A stretch of 64,000 nucleotides of DNA from an uncultured cyanobacterium (GTDB lineage: Bacteria > Cyanobacteriota > Cyanobacteriia > Cyanobacteriales > CAWCAG01), in NCBI GenBank assembly GCA_963793425.1, contig CAWCAG010000003.1, positions 1 to 64,000 of the forward strand. Reading direction: 5' to 3'. A program made the translations under genes and the position numbers. Below are positions 19,932-32,000 of the stretch, piece by piece. Below the pieces are notes generated by a model. That model made no database searches, was not told where the DNA came from, and saw only the letters and a list, made by a program, of their open reading frames with translations. Position 1 is the stretch's first letter. The number at the start of each line of letters is the position of its first letter.

Positions 19932-20339
19932 TTATATGATTTCATATTCCTCATATTCGTCAAGCCTATCTAGATCGAGATTAACTTCACATGATTTTCC
20001 TTCTCCATCAACTAAAAACATTGAATAAGGATCTTCTGTATTATCGTTAGTTATTAGAGCTTCACAGCCAAGCTCATTGCAAATTTGTGCGACTAGTGAA
20101 ATGTCATTATCTACTTTAAGGTCTAAGTAAAAAGATAACATTAAACGAAAGTGACCAGATAATTCGAAAAGGACACAAATTATTGATCGATCAAATTTAG
20201 CATTTTCAATAGCATCAGTAACATCAATTTTATCTTCTCTAATATCGAATACTTTTGCTAGAGCAGAAATGATTTTCACCTTTTCAGGTCTGCAATTTAT
20301 TACCATATCTCTCCAAATCATCATTTTAGTTTTTTCCAT
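19932..20339 (-). CDS. Putative cognate immunity protein of the Rhs-Hint toxin
   Basis: Small acidic ORF overlapping the stop of the basic toxin tip. Confidence 0.7.
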   Translation of the reverse strand: MEKTKMMIWRDMVINCRPEKVKIISALAKVFDIREDKIDVTDAIENAKFDRSIICVLFELSGHFRLMLSFYLDLKVDNDISLVAQICNELGCEALITNDNTEDPYSMFLVDGEGKSCEVNLDLDRLDEYEEYEII

Positions 20340-23238
20340 AGCTGTAGTACACGATCAAAGTTCTTGTCTGGAACCCCCATACTCTTTGCAATATCTCTCG
20401 TTTTTGGGGTGTCTCCTATTGCATTCAATAGACCAAGAACACCAAATTCTCCTCTGTCAAGATTGTGTACGCCGGGTCCGTGAATAGGAACAAGGTGATC
20501 TTGAAATAGTTCATATTTTCGGTTATTTGTCTCGAATATATTACCTTTTCTTGTAGCTTGCCCTTTGTTAATTGCTGCGATATCAGACTGAATTTCGGGC
20601 CATTTACTTGGCTCTACAACAGAATTTTTGTTCTTTTTAGGAGTTTTTTGCCGAACCTTATCAAATTTATGTCTAGATGCGAGAGGACCTCTAAGATTAT
20701 TAGGACTACAAGCATTATGAACCAGTACACCTAAATCAGAAACAAAATAAGTACTAAACCCTTCAACATCAAAATTATAAACCTCAAAATCCCCCTCTCG
20801 CTTCTCAATCCTATCAACATCAACAAAAGTCTCCTCATCAGTTTGCAATAAATCCCCAACAACCAAATCTTTAGCTTCCACCCAACCCTTATCAGCAACC
20901 CAGAAAGGATGTTCTCCTGTAGTGGAAATTAACTCCCCGTCCACATAGAGGTCAACCAAAGCCTCAGTTTGCCGCACAAAGGTATTCATTACCTGTTTTG
21001 GTGCAACTCCTCCTGGGGTAGTGGGGTCATCAGCTACTACCCAATCTCCTACCTGAATATCCTCAATATTCTTCTCCCCATCTGGAGTTAGTACCTTCGT
21101 CCCAGCTACAAAGCACTTACCCCCAGTACTAGTTCCTGTTTCCCCTGTCTTCTTCAGTAAACCATCAGCACTCTCAGCACCTCCCTTAATCGCCTTATTA
21201 GCACTAAAGAACTTCTTGATACCCCCCAGCACAGCCCCAGCAAAAGGCACATAAGAAAGCAGATTCCAAGCATCCTCTCTCTCAAACGCTCCGTTGTCTG
21301 CATAGCTTGCACTTAAGTCATAGGTAGCCTTCCCTGCACCATATGCATCCAATGCTTTGTCAACCGTCGAAACCCACCTCAGAGGCCCTACTGCGGTGCT
21401 TGCCCATTGCACGCCCTTCATCCCAATTAAAAAGGAAACACTTATACCCGCAATCGTCCCTGCCCGCCAGAGTAAGGCATGGTTCGGTTCTATCTTCTCA
21501 CCAGTAGATACTTCATAAACATCCGTCAAGAAACCTCCCGATACTCCTCCAGCAAACCCTGCTCCCCATTCTCCAAACATTTGTAGGATTTCTGTTGCAT
21601 CTGCCCCAGTAGCTGCTGAACCAGCAATATAACCAACTCCAAAGCCTGCACTACTAGTAGCAGCTAAAGTCGCTAGTACATCCAGGGTGGCCATTACCTG
21701 ACCCATTGAGAAGTAGCCAGTGGGGTCGGTATTATTAACTGGGTTGCTATGGGCGTATTGATAGTTATGTTGGCTGTAAGGATCACTCATATAGCCAGGG
21801 AAGGGGTCTTGGGAGATGAAGCGTCCTAATTCGGGGTCGTAATACCTGGCTCTGAGATAATCTAAACCAGTTGCTTCATCCCTTTGTTCCCCTGCGAATT
21901 GGAAGGAGTTGCCAAAAGTACCTTCTTCATCTAATAAGACTCCAAAGGCATCATAGGTGTAGCGGTCTGTGATTAAGCCGACGTTATCAGTTATTGCCCT
22001 AGTTGAACCTAAGCCATCGGTATGATAGAACCCTTCTCGACCATCTCTATTAGTTTTAACTAAGCCTAATCCGTGGGTATAGTCTGCTGTTACCTGTCCG
22101 TTGTTATCGTATTCGGTGAGTACTTGGGGTAAGCCACCAATAGAGGCAGTTAGATAGTTAGTTGTTTCCCCATCAGTTGTGGTAGCTACTCTGTTGCCGA
22201 AGGCATCATAAATGTGTTCGGTTACAGAACTACCATCGGTAACTCCTACTAAACGATTTTCTCCATCGTTAATCCAATCATAGTTGATGGTTTCTGTGCC
22301 ATCGGAGCGTTGTAACAAAGAACCGTTATCATCATAGGTAAACTGGGTTGTAGTTGAACCTGATGTTAAGTCTTTGAGGCGGTCGTTTTGGTCGTAGTTG
22401 TAGGTGGTTAATCCTGCTACTGAATCATCTTTGCTGAGACGATTTCCGGCTAAGTCATAGCTATAACCAATAGTCTGATTCCCAGCTACATTATCGGTGA
22501 TTTTTTCTTCTGTTAAGCGATTGAGATCGTCGTAGGTGTAGTCTACTATGCGCCCTGATAATTCTTCTACTTGTTTGCGGTTGCCTACTCCATCTAGGGT
22601 ATAGGCAAAGCGGTCAAACAGAGTACCTGTAACATTTTCTGTGCTTACATCTGTTAAGCGATTGCGAGTGTCGTATTGGCGGTATTCTACTGAACCATTA
22701 GCAAGCTTGGTTTTACTGAGGTTGCCTACTTTATCATAATCATAATCTGCTAGTAGGCGAGTTCCTTGTTTGACTGTATCTAAGCGATTAAGGAAGTCGT
22801 AGCCATAGTCAGTGGTTCCTGCTGGGGTAGTTAGGGAGGTGATGTTACCCAAGACATCGTAGTCATAGCTTACTGATTGTTGGTCTGGGGTGGTGATGCT
22901 TTCTAGCCAGTCATATTCATCGTAGCTGTAGGAAGTAATTCCACGACCATCGGTTACTGTAGCTAGCTGGGAGGTTACTGGGTCGTAGGTGTAGGATACT
23001 GATGATATTTGTGGGTTGCTGAAGGTTCTGTTTTCTATACGCCCGTAGGTATCGTAGTTGTAGTTGATGGTGTCATTATTGAAGTCAGTTTTGCTGGTAA
23101 TTTGACCAAATTTGTTGTAGATGGTTTCGTTCTGTTGTCCCAGAGGCAGAGTTGTTGCTGTAGGACGGTTGAAGTTGTCGTAGTTGAATTTAGTTACTTT
23201 TTGGTTGGCATCTTCTATCTCTTGGAGACGACCTAAAA
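20321..23238 (-). CDS. Orphan (5'-truncated) Rhs module: YD repeats, Rhs core, hydrophobic linker, pretoxin Hint domain, C-terminal toxin
   Basis: YD frame extends ~390 nt upstream of the ORF call (GRLQEIEDANQKVTKFNYD) with no ATG; YLRARYYDPELGRFISQDP, NPVNNTDPTG; Hint CFVAGT...VLVHN at 20714-21115. Confidence 0.9.
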
Positions 23239-23580
23239 CGTGTAGGAAGCTAAGACTAACGCGGAGATTTAGTCTTTGAGAAAAGCAACTATTTCTTCCA
23301 TAAGTTGCTCCTTATTTCCTATGTCAGAGCTTTCGTAAGTATAACTAAAAGGAATCTTTTTCTCATTTCTTAGTATAATCACAACTCGAGTACATTGTCT
23401 ATTGGAGACGGGATGTTGTTCTACTTTGGCCGTTTCAACATCTCGAAGACAATATATTTCTGTATGAGTACCAAATAACCAGCGTGTCCTCTGAAATATC
23501 ATTTGGTCTTTGTTTTTACTCAAACTGCATACAACAGTTCCGTCTATGGTTGCATAGTAAAAACTGCCTGTAAAAAAACA

Positions 23581-24407
23581 GGCGTTGCTGAATTAAGGGA
23601 TGAATGAAGTAGGAATGGGAACATCCCAGAATTTGAGATAGTGAATTAGCAATCGGATAGAATGCTTGAGCATTTCTACTGACTTGGAATAACATAAGGT
23701 CTTACGATGCAAGCGAGCTAAATAGTGTCTCAATCGAGTATTTTCACCTTCTACTCGTGTCATGTAGGTTTTAGAGATAATTTGGTCTCCTTCTCGAATA
23801 AACTGAGGATAAACACTCCAACCATCGGTGACATAGAAATAACATCGCCCTAGACTTACAATTGCCCATAAAGGTTTAAAAGTTTCAGCACTATGGTCTC
23901 CCAATACCCAACCTAAAATGCCTCTTTGGAAGTGATTGACTGCTGTCCAGAGCCAGATTTTGTTGTCTTGGTGCGCGTTCCCTTGCGTCTTACGCCGACG
24001 CGGGGTCGCACCGCTTTTTTGAGCCAACAAATGTTTCAAGTTCATCCAATTCGCCAACTTCAGGTATTGTTTCTGGAGAATAGGCATCTGGCAGCAGTTC
24101 TCCGACTTGCTTGACCCAGGTTATTATCGTCGTATGATGTACCCCTTTGACTCTTTCTATTCCTCGAAAGCCCATACCGTTGACATACATTTTGAGACAT
24201 TCTCTTTTTATTTCGTCGCTGTAGCCTCTGTTGGTTTCACGATTTTCAACAAATTGGCGTAGGCAAAGCCCGCCGTAGGCATCGCAATCAACACAAATAT
24301 GATTTTGTTTACCTCGTCTCTTTCCATTTTTACGAATATGAGTCGAGTTACATTCAGGACACTGCATAAAGATTTAGCTTGAGTTCATCCCTCTATTATG
24401 CAACGCC
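23581..24407 (-). mobile_element. IS1-family element (insA 23990-24367, insB 23593-~24020) with two small inserts
   Basis: TIR GGCGTTGC..AGGGATGAA / TTCATCCC..GCAACGCC, 8-bp TSD AAAAAACA; CPEC zinc ribbon, ELDEL, VTDGW, VEGENTRLRH. Confidence 0.95.
24260..24280. repeat. 21-nt SDR5-like element inserted in a HIP1 site
   Basis: Minus strand GCGAT[GCCTACGGCGGGCTTTGCCTA]CGC, in frame within insA. Confidence 0.85.
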
Positions 24408-24586
24408 AAAAAACATACAGTTGGAAAAAGAAAATGCCATTCACCAGATTTGAGAACATAAATAAGTGTTATTATTCCTACCATAAAGGAAATAACCACA
24501 TAAGCACCCCTTGAAGAAGGCTCATATTTGACTTTGAAAACAGTAGGAGTACTATCTATAATCTTGAAAACACCATACATTATCTG

Positions 24587-25435
24587 TTATTCCTTTGCAC
24601 CATAACTTTTGAGCAGGTTTGCAGTTTGTTGATGATTTTCTTTTAACGCCATATTTAAAGGTGTCTCACCTGATGTCATTCTGGCATTTACTTCTGCACC
24701 ATTTTCAATTAGCAGCTTAACTATATCAGTACGTCCTAATCTAGCAGCAGCGTGGAGTGCTGTACTTTCATTTTTATCTTCTGCATTAACATTTGCCCCC
24801 TTAGCAAGTAGAATTAAAGTTGCTTCTTTTGCTCCATGCGCTGCTGCCCAGTATAGTGGTGTGGTTCCCCTTTGATCTACCGCCTCAAAATCTGCTCCCT
24901 TTTCTATTAACAGAGTAATAGTTTCTGGGTTTCTACTTTGCATAGCCCAGTGTAATGGAGTGCTAGATTCATTACTGCGAGCATTCACATCTGCTCCATT
25001 TTCAATCAATAAAGCGACTATCTCATAATTACCTTTTACAGCAGCATAGTGTAATGCAGTTATGCTGTTAATTCTTTCATTAGGATTACCACCCTTTTTC
25101 AAATATTCACTTACAGTCTCTATCTTTCCTGCCTCAGCAGCATCAATAAAATTTTTTTCAGGTTGCAGGGTGCTGCCTACAAGCAAAGTTAATCCAAAAG
25201 AAAGTATTATCGAAATAATTACTAAAGGTTTTTTTCCAGGAAAACTACGAAAAAGTATCTCTAACCATAAATAGCCCAAGGGTAACCCTATTAGAGATAT
25301 GAATAGCGCTTGCCAACGCAACCAACTTTCGTCGGAAAGAAACCCATTTATTCCGGAGCTTAAAATTGCACCCAACAATATAATTCTTATAAATGTCTTT
25401 AAGACAAACTCTGTAGTATCAATTGACTTTTTCAT
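24587..25435 (-). CDS. Membrane-anchored ankyrin-repeat protein
   Basis: About 3 N-terminal TM helices, then 5-6 ankyrin repeats (TALHYAA, TPLHWA, TPLYWAA, GADVNA). Confidence 0.92.
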   Translation of the reverse strand: MKKSIDTTEFVLKTFIRIILLGAILSSGINGFLSDESWLRWQALFISLIGLPLGYLWLEILFRSFPGKKPLVIISIILSFGLTLLVGSTLQPEKNFIDAAEAGKIETVSEYLKKGGNPNERINSITALHYAAVKGNYEIVALLIENGADVNARSNESSTPLHWAMQSRNPETITLLIEKGADFEAVDQRGTTPLYWAAAHGAKEATLILLAKGANVNAEDKNESTALHAAARLGRTDIVKLLIENGAEVNARMTSGETPLNMALKENHQQTANLLKSYGAKE

Positions 25436-25518
25436 AGTAAAATTGGCAACATTCTTAATTGAAGAAAACTTTTTATATTGATCTCACAAACAACACTAAT
25501 TGATTCTGGACAATGTAA

Positions 25519-25995
25519 ATGACTATTTTTAAGACTATAGAGCGAACTTCAACTTTTTTCAAAATTCAGTATGACCCCTCTTACAGAATTTTTTGGATTG
25601 CTATCTTATTTATTTCAGGATTGACTTGGTTTGCTCTTTTCCTATTATTTAGTGACTGGTTTCTCATTTTTGTAGGTTTAGCATTTGTTACAACCGGTTT
25701 TTACTTGGCTATTGTAGATGGAACTGTTACTTGTAGCTTTGACAAAAATAAAGACAAAATGGTGTTTCGAAGAGAGCGTTGGTTACTTGGTAATTATATA
25801 GAAGAACATAGTCTTCAAGAGATTGAAACGACTGAATTAGAGAAGTGTCCTCGCCATAGAAGTAGAAATACTTACAGAGTTATTATTAGACTAAGGAATG
25901 GAAAAAAAATTCCTTTCAGTTATACTTATGAAGGCTTTGATAAAAAAGATAAAGAGATACTAAAAGAGAAAATTCTAGATTTTCTTAGAGGCTAA
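25519..25995 (+). CDS. Two-TM membrane protein with beta-rich C-domain, candidate immunity protein
   Basis: Two hydrophobic helices; intact paralog of the IS1-split gene; adjacent to the giant Rhs 3' end. Confidence 0.75.
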   Translation: MTIFKTIERTSTFFKIQYDPSYRIFWIAILFISGLTWFALFLLFSDWFLIFVGLAFVTTGFYLAIVDGTVTCSFDKNKDKMVFRRERWLLGNYIEEHSLQEIETTELEKCPRHRSRNTYRVIIRLRNGKKIPFSYTYEGFDKKDKEILKEKILDFLRG

Positions 25996-26036
25996 ATAAT
26001 TAGACAATACCAGGACTTACGCACTAGTACTAAATA

Positions 26037-29000
26037 CTACTCAGGTGTGATTATACGTCTTCCTCTAAACCGAGGAATAACAAGTCCGATAGTCAATGCT
26101 AGAGAGCCACCAACTTGGTTGGCTAAAAAGTGACCATGAGCATTGCCACTTGCAAATCCCATTGTTATCCATTGTTTACCTCTCCCTACAATGGGACCAG
26201 CACCATAGCCAACACTTACATATCCCCCGAATAACACATTTGCATCTAATCCATAAAAAGCATGGGATTTAAGTTCAAAGTCAGTAAGAGATCCACTTAA
26301 TCGAGATAATGGTGTTTCACCAAGCCCCGGAAATGGTACATCAATTCCTGCACTTACAGAAGCACTAGTATGAAGTATAAACCCATCAGCATCTTCTAAT
26401 CTACCATGAGTACCATCCGCAAAGTAACCTTCTCCTGCTTCAGCAACGCGGAAAACAGTTATTCCCAGATTAATATCGGCACTTACAACCTTCGCATCTG
26501 CTAGCGGTTGTACTGAAACTTCACCAGTAGCGAGACTGCCAGTCCAAGTTACTTCATCACTTACACGATCAACTAAGTAAAGTCCTAAACTAAATGACTG
26601 TTGAGTTGAAGCGAGGACAGAATTGAATAGAGCAGTATATGCTGCAAAATCAGCCATTGTTGATATTTTACCACTAGGATCGATATAAGTAACAGGATTA
26701 TCAGCACCATAAACATAACGATGTCGAGTAATCGGCTCCTCTACAAACCCCTCAAACGGGTCAACACTAGCAAAACGCCCAGTTTGGGAATCATAGTACC
26801 GCGCCCTTAGATACTGCATATCTAAATGTGGATCAAACTGCTCCCCACGATAGAGATAATTATTCTCACTGCTTCCCGTTACAGACAGCAAATTACCATA
26901 AGCATCATAACTATAGGTATCCGCAACAACTCCAGCTTCATCACTAAGCTGCCTCACCCCACTATGACCATCCTCAAGATAAAACAAATCCTCATCACCA
27001 CGACTTTGAGAAAGTAAATCTAACCCATACAGGTAAGCTACTTCCACATCACCATTACTGTCATACTCCTCTACCACTTGAGCATAGGGACGATTAGCAT
27101 CTATTAAATAGCGTGTTTCTACACCATCAACTGTCGTACTTACCCGAATACCTTGGGCATCATATTCATACTCAATCTCTTGGACACTTCCTGATGCGTC
27201 CGTTACCCTTGCAGCAATTAACCGATTCTCTTCATCCCAAGTATATTCAATCTGTTCTTGAGAACCTTGTACATTTTCTAAAGTTAAGTTGCCGTTGTCA
27301 TCATAGCTATAACTGGTGGTTACTCCTGCGGTTGTTTCACTCAGGAGTCGGTCGTTGTCATCATAGCTATAGGTTGTTTCTCCTGCAACGGAGTCTTGAC
27401 GGGAAGTTCTGTTACCTACTTCATCATAGGTATATTCAATTGTCCTATTCCCATTAACTGGGTCAGTTATTTCCTCTTTGGTTAAACGATAGAGTTCATC
27501 GTAGGTATAGGCTACTTGGCGACCTCCTAACTCTTCTACTAAAGTGCGGTTGCCAATATCATCTAAGGTGTAGGTATAGCTAGAAAGTATATTTCCTGTA
27601 CCATCTTCATTGACTACGGAAATTAAACGATTCAGTTCATCATATCCTCTAGTCTCTACTACACCGTTAGAGTATGTAGTTGTTTCCAAGTTACCCAAAT
27701 CATCGTAAGTATAGGTTGTAATATTCGTTGGGTCTGTACCAATAACTTTTTCTAAACGATTCAGTTCATCATATCGATATGTTATTGTTCCTGATGGAGT
27801 AATGACTGTTTCCACTAAACCACCATCATTATAGGTATAACTAATTTGCCTACCATCTGGTTCAGTGCGGGATTCTAATAAACCCTGTTCGTTATATGTA
27901 TAGGTAGTTTGACCGCGCTGGTCAGTAATGGTTTCTATTTGACCTGTGGTGGTGTAGGTATACTTAATGAAGGGGTCTTCTCCAGATAAGTTTTTGGCAA
28001 CTAATTGGTTGAGTTCGTTGTAGCTATACTCGATGCTGTCTCCGTTGAAGTCGGTGCTAAGAATGACATTACCTACCTCGTCATACACCATTTCCGAACG
28101 CTGTTCTAAAGGTCGCTCAACGGCGGTTAATCTGCCTAAACCATCATATTCATAGCGGGTTATTTGACCTTGGGCATCTTCTTGATAGATTAGATTACCA
28201 GTTTCATCATAATCATACTCTGTACGTTCTCCTAGAGTATCGATGACGGCGGTGAGTTGGTCTAGTGCGTTGTATTCATAGCGGGTGGTACGCCCATGTT
28301 GGTCAGTTTCTGCGACGATATTACCGAACTCGTCATATTCAGTTTTTAGACTGGTTCCATCGGAGAAGATAGTTTCAATCAGTTGACCAAGCTGGTCATA
28401 CTTGTACTCCGTTTTACGACCCAAAGCATCAGTGACAGAGGTTTCCCTTCCTACTGCATCATAGGTGGTTATTGTTTCTAGAACTTGACCATTAATAAAA
28501 CTGCGGACAACAGTAGGACGACCTGCATTGTCAAATTCATATTCAGTGCGATTACCTGCTTCATTGGTAATAGATTTGAGGCGACCTGCCTGGTCGTATT
28601 CTACTTCGATGCGGGGGTTATCAGATAGGTCATCGGGAGTGTCATCATGAACAATCATCTCCGTGGGACGATTCAAGGGGTCGTATTTGTAGTAAGTGGT
28701 GTTGCCATCGGGGTTAGTGACTGTTGTACGATTACCTAGAGCGTCATATGCAAATTTAATGGTGGGATTATCGCTGAGGTCATTAGGGGTATCGTCGGGT
28801 AAGATGGTCTCAGTAAGGTTATTCTTCTCATCGTAACGCTGTTCAGTTCGGCGACCTTGGGCATCGATAATTAAGGTTTGGTTTCCGTTAGCATCATATT
28901 CATAGGTAGTTAAGTTACCTTCTGCATCAAGTACTGTTAAGGGATTACCTTCACTGTCGTAAGTTGTAGTGGTAGCTAGGGTACGAGTTTGACCATCTGG

Positions 29001-32000
29001 TAGAGTCATGGTCATAGTTTCTGTTAACACATTACCCTGAGCATCGTAGGTATAGGTTGTTTCATTTCCTAAAGCATCAATTTTACGAGTCCTATTGCCA
29101 TACTGGTCATAGGAGAATTGGGTTACGTCGTCGTCTCCTTCAATAATACGGGTGGGATTACCTCGTAGGTCATAGCGATAGTTAATGACATTCCCTTCTG
29201 CATCTGTGACAGATTGTACTCTTCGAGTTACGGAGGTGAAAGTATATTCAGTTGTGTTTCCTAAAGCGTCAGTATTGGTTAATAGTTGACCATCACTGTT
29301 GTAAGTATAGCGAGTTGTATTACCTAACGGGTCAGTCTCACTCAAAATATTACCCTGACCATCATAGGTATAACTAGTAGTCCACCCTTCAACTCCACTC
29401 TCATTAGTAACAATAGTCTCAGTCAAAACATTATTATCATCATTGTATGTGCGCTTAGTCACCTTCCCTACTGCATCTATCTCAGTCAGCACATTGCCCC
29501 GAATATCATACTCATAGGTAGTAGGATTACCAAACACATCCCTAACAGTTTGAATCGAATTATCAGGGTCATAATCCAACTCTATTGCCTCCCCATTCAC
29601 ATCCAGCAGCTTCTTCAACCTACCCTTCTCGTCATACTCCGTCTTCACCCCAGTCCTACCCAAGGGGTCAATGATTTCCGTTAAGAAATGGGGACGAGTT
29701 GCTTCTTCATACTTGAACTGAGTGGTATTCTCTTCCCTATCAGTAACTGCAACTAAATCACCTTCTTCATCATACTCATACTTAACCTCTTCCCCTTCTG
29801 GGTCAATGGCTTTAACTATCCTTCCTTCTGCATCCCTTTCAAAGGTGACACTGACTCCAGTATCACTGCTAATACCATCGTCACTGAAGGTTAAGGTATT
29901 GCCATTGGTATCAGTTACGGTTAATAAGTCCCCTGTAACTGCATCAATGTCATAAGCTATTCCTTCTTTTGTGGTTAGGGTATAAACTCCACCAAAGTAA
30001 CTATCAGCAGGATTATAAGGCTGTCCTACTAAACCGTAGTACTCTCCTTGACTATTCTTTCTTAAACGCAAATCCCTTACTGTCAGGGTATTAGTTGAAC
30101 CCTCTTCCGATTCAAATTCAGGATGATACATACCTACATCCCCTTCTACTCCTGCATTTCCTGCTGGCCCTCGCAAGTAAGCATTGAGGTGGCTGGGACG
30201 AGCCTTGAAGGTGAAGGTTTCTCGTTTGCCTCCTGGTAGGGTGATGTAGACTTTACTGTCTTCTTTGAAGGGACTATATTCCCCTAGTTCTTTTTGGATG
30301 AGGTCGGGGGGTTCTACGCTGGTTTGCAAATCGGTATCGCGGAACTCTAAACGCCAACCATAACCAAACTCATCACTAGAATTGGCATTGAGGGAATCAT
30401 AAGTCCGAGTTACAGTGATAGGAATGCCAGATACAGGTATTTGCATATCAGTGAAAGAAAGAGTAAAATTCCCTAACTTCAAATTACCACTGACATCTAC
30501 TACCTCTTCCGTTGCTGAGAAGTTACCCGCAGAATCATAGGCAGTTAACTTGAGAATATAACTACCATTGGCTAATACAGTGGGGTCAAATTCTCCCAAT
30601 ACCCCATTGTCTATTTCACTACTACCCCTAGACATCTCTACAAAAGGCGCACTTCCATCTGCTGGAGCTACTTCTAAGGTGTAGTAGTTTAAGTCATTGT
30701 TACCATCACTAACCGTACCCACAATATCTATGGGGGCAGTAATTTCATTTTCTGTCAGGGCTAAACTTACTACTGGTGGGTCGTTGTTAGCTGGGTCTAA
30801 GACTAATACCTCATCTGTGGTAATACCTACATTACCTGCCCCGTCGTAGGCTACTACTTTAGCTGTGGTGGTTCCCAACTGGTCTAGGGTGATAGTAGCT
30901 AGACCGTTACTATCTATAGCTACGGGTTGATTGTTGATTAATAGTTGTAATCCTGTGACACCAATGTTATCGGTAGCTAAGACCTGTAACCTGATTTGTT
31001 GGTTGATATCCCCCTGTAATTCATCTTCTACTACATAGACATCACTGATTAGTAGTTTGGCTTTTGGTGCTTCTGTGTCTGCTGTTACAGTAAGGTTGTA
31101 GGTTCTTTGGTCGGTTGCTCCCAAGGGGTCGGTTGCAGTTACAGTTACGTTGTGATTACCGATGTCAGCGTTGCTGGGACTCCAACGCAGACGACCATAT
31201 TCATCTATGGTCATACCTAGGCTTACAGAAGTTGGGTCTAAGCTATAGGTGAGAGGTTGCCCTTCTGGGTCAAAAGCTTTGAGGTCGTAGCTGTAGGTTT
31301 GGTTGGGTAGGGCTGCGATTACTGGGTCGGCTGTGATTTGCGGGGCTTGGTTGGCGATTACTGTTAAGGTGTAACCCTGTGCTGCACCTAGACTACCATC
31401 GTTGACTCCGACGACTATTTGATGATTTCCTACTACTGGGTTGTTCCAGGTGATTTCTCCTGTGGCAGAGTTTATGGTTATGCCATTGGGAGCGGCTATT
31501 AGTTCGTAGGTTAAGTTGTCGTTGTCAACATCAGTAGCAGTTACTTGATAGTTGTAACCATTGCCTGTATCTGCTAAGTAAGCTGGTGTAGAAGTTATTT
31601 GAGGGGCGTTATTAATTGCTTGAGATTGTACTTCTACGGTGAAACGCTGGCGATTACTACCTCCTTGGGTATCTTCTACTAATACTTCTACTGTTTGAGT
31701 ACCTAACTGTTCAGTGGTAGGCGACCAAGTGATTTGTCCTGTGGCTTCATCTATACTCATACCCTCTGGAGATAAAGCTAGGGTGTAGGTGAGAGTGTCG
31801 TTTTCTGGGTCTGTTGCTACGGCTTGATAATTATATTCTTGACCTACGGCTCCTTGGGTAATAGGAGTAGAAACTATGGCAGGTGGGCTATTGGTTCCGG
31901 TTACTTTGAGGGTGTATTCCTGTCCTGATAGTAGTCCTTGGGAGTCTACTACTTCTACGGTGATGGTATGTTCCCCGATTTGAGTTGCTTCTGGCTGCCA

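Larger units (their letters stand above)
23269..24580 (-). pseudogene. Two-TM membrane protein split by IS1; paralog of 25519-25995
   Basis: Removing IS1 and one TSD restores ...FPTVCFFTGSFYYATIDGTVVCSLSKNK...; shares DGTV, KIPFSYTYE with the paralog. Confidence 0.88.

Noticed and set aside
20714..21115. True protein-splicing intein with homing endonuclease
   Set aside because: Only 134 aa, no endonuclease, and the +1 residue is Ala; fits a pretoxin Hint domain
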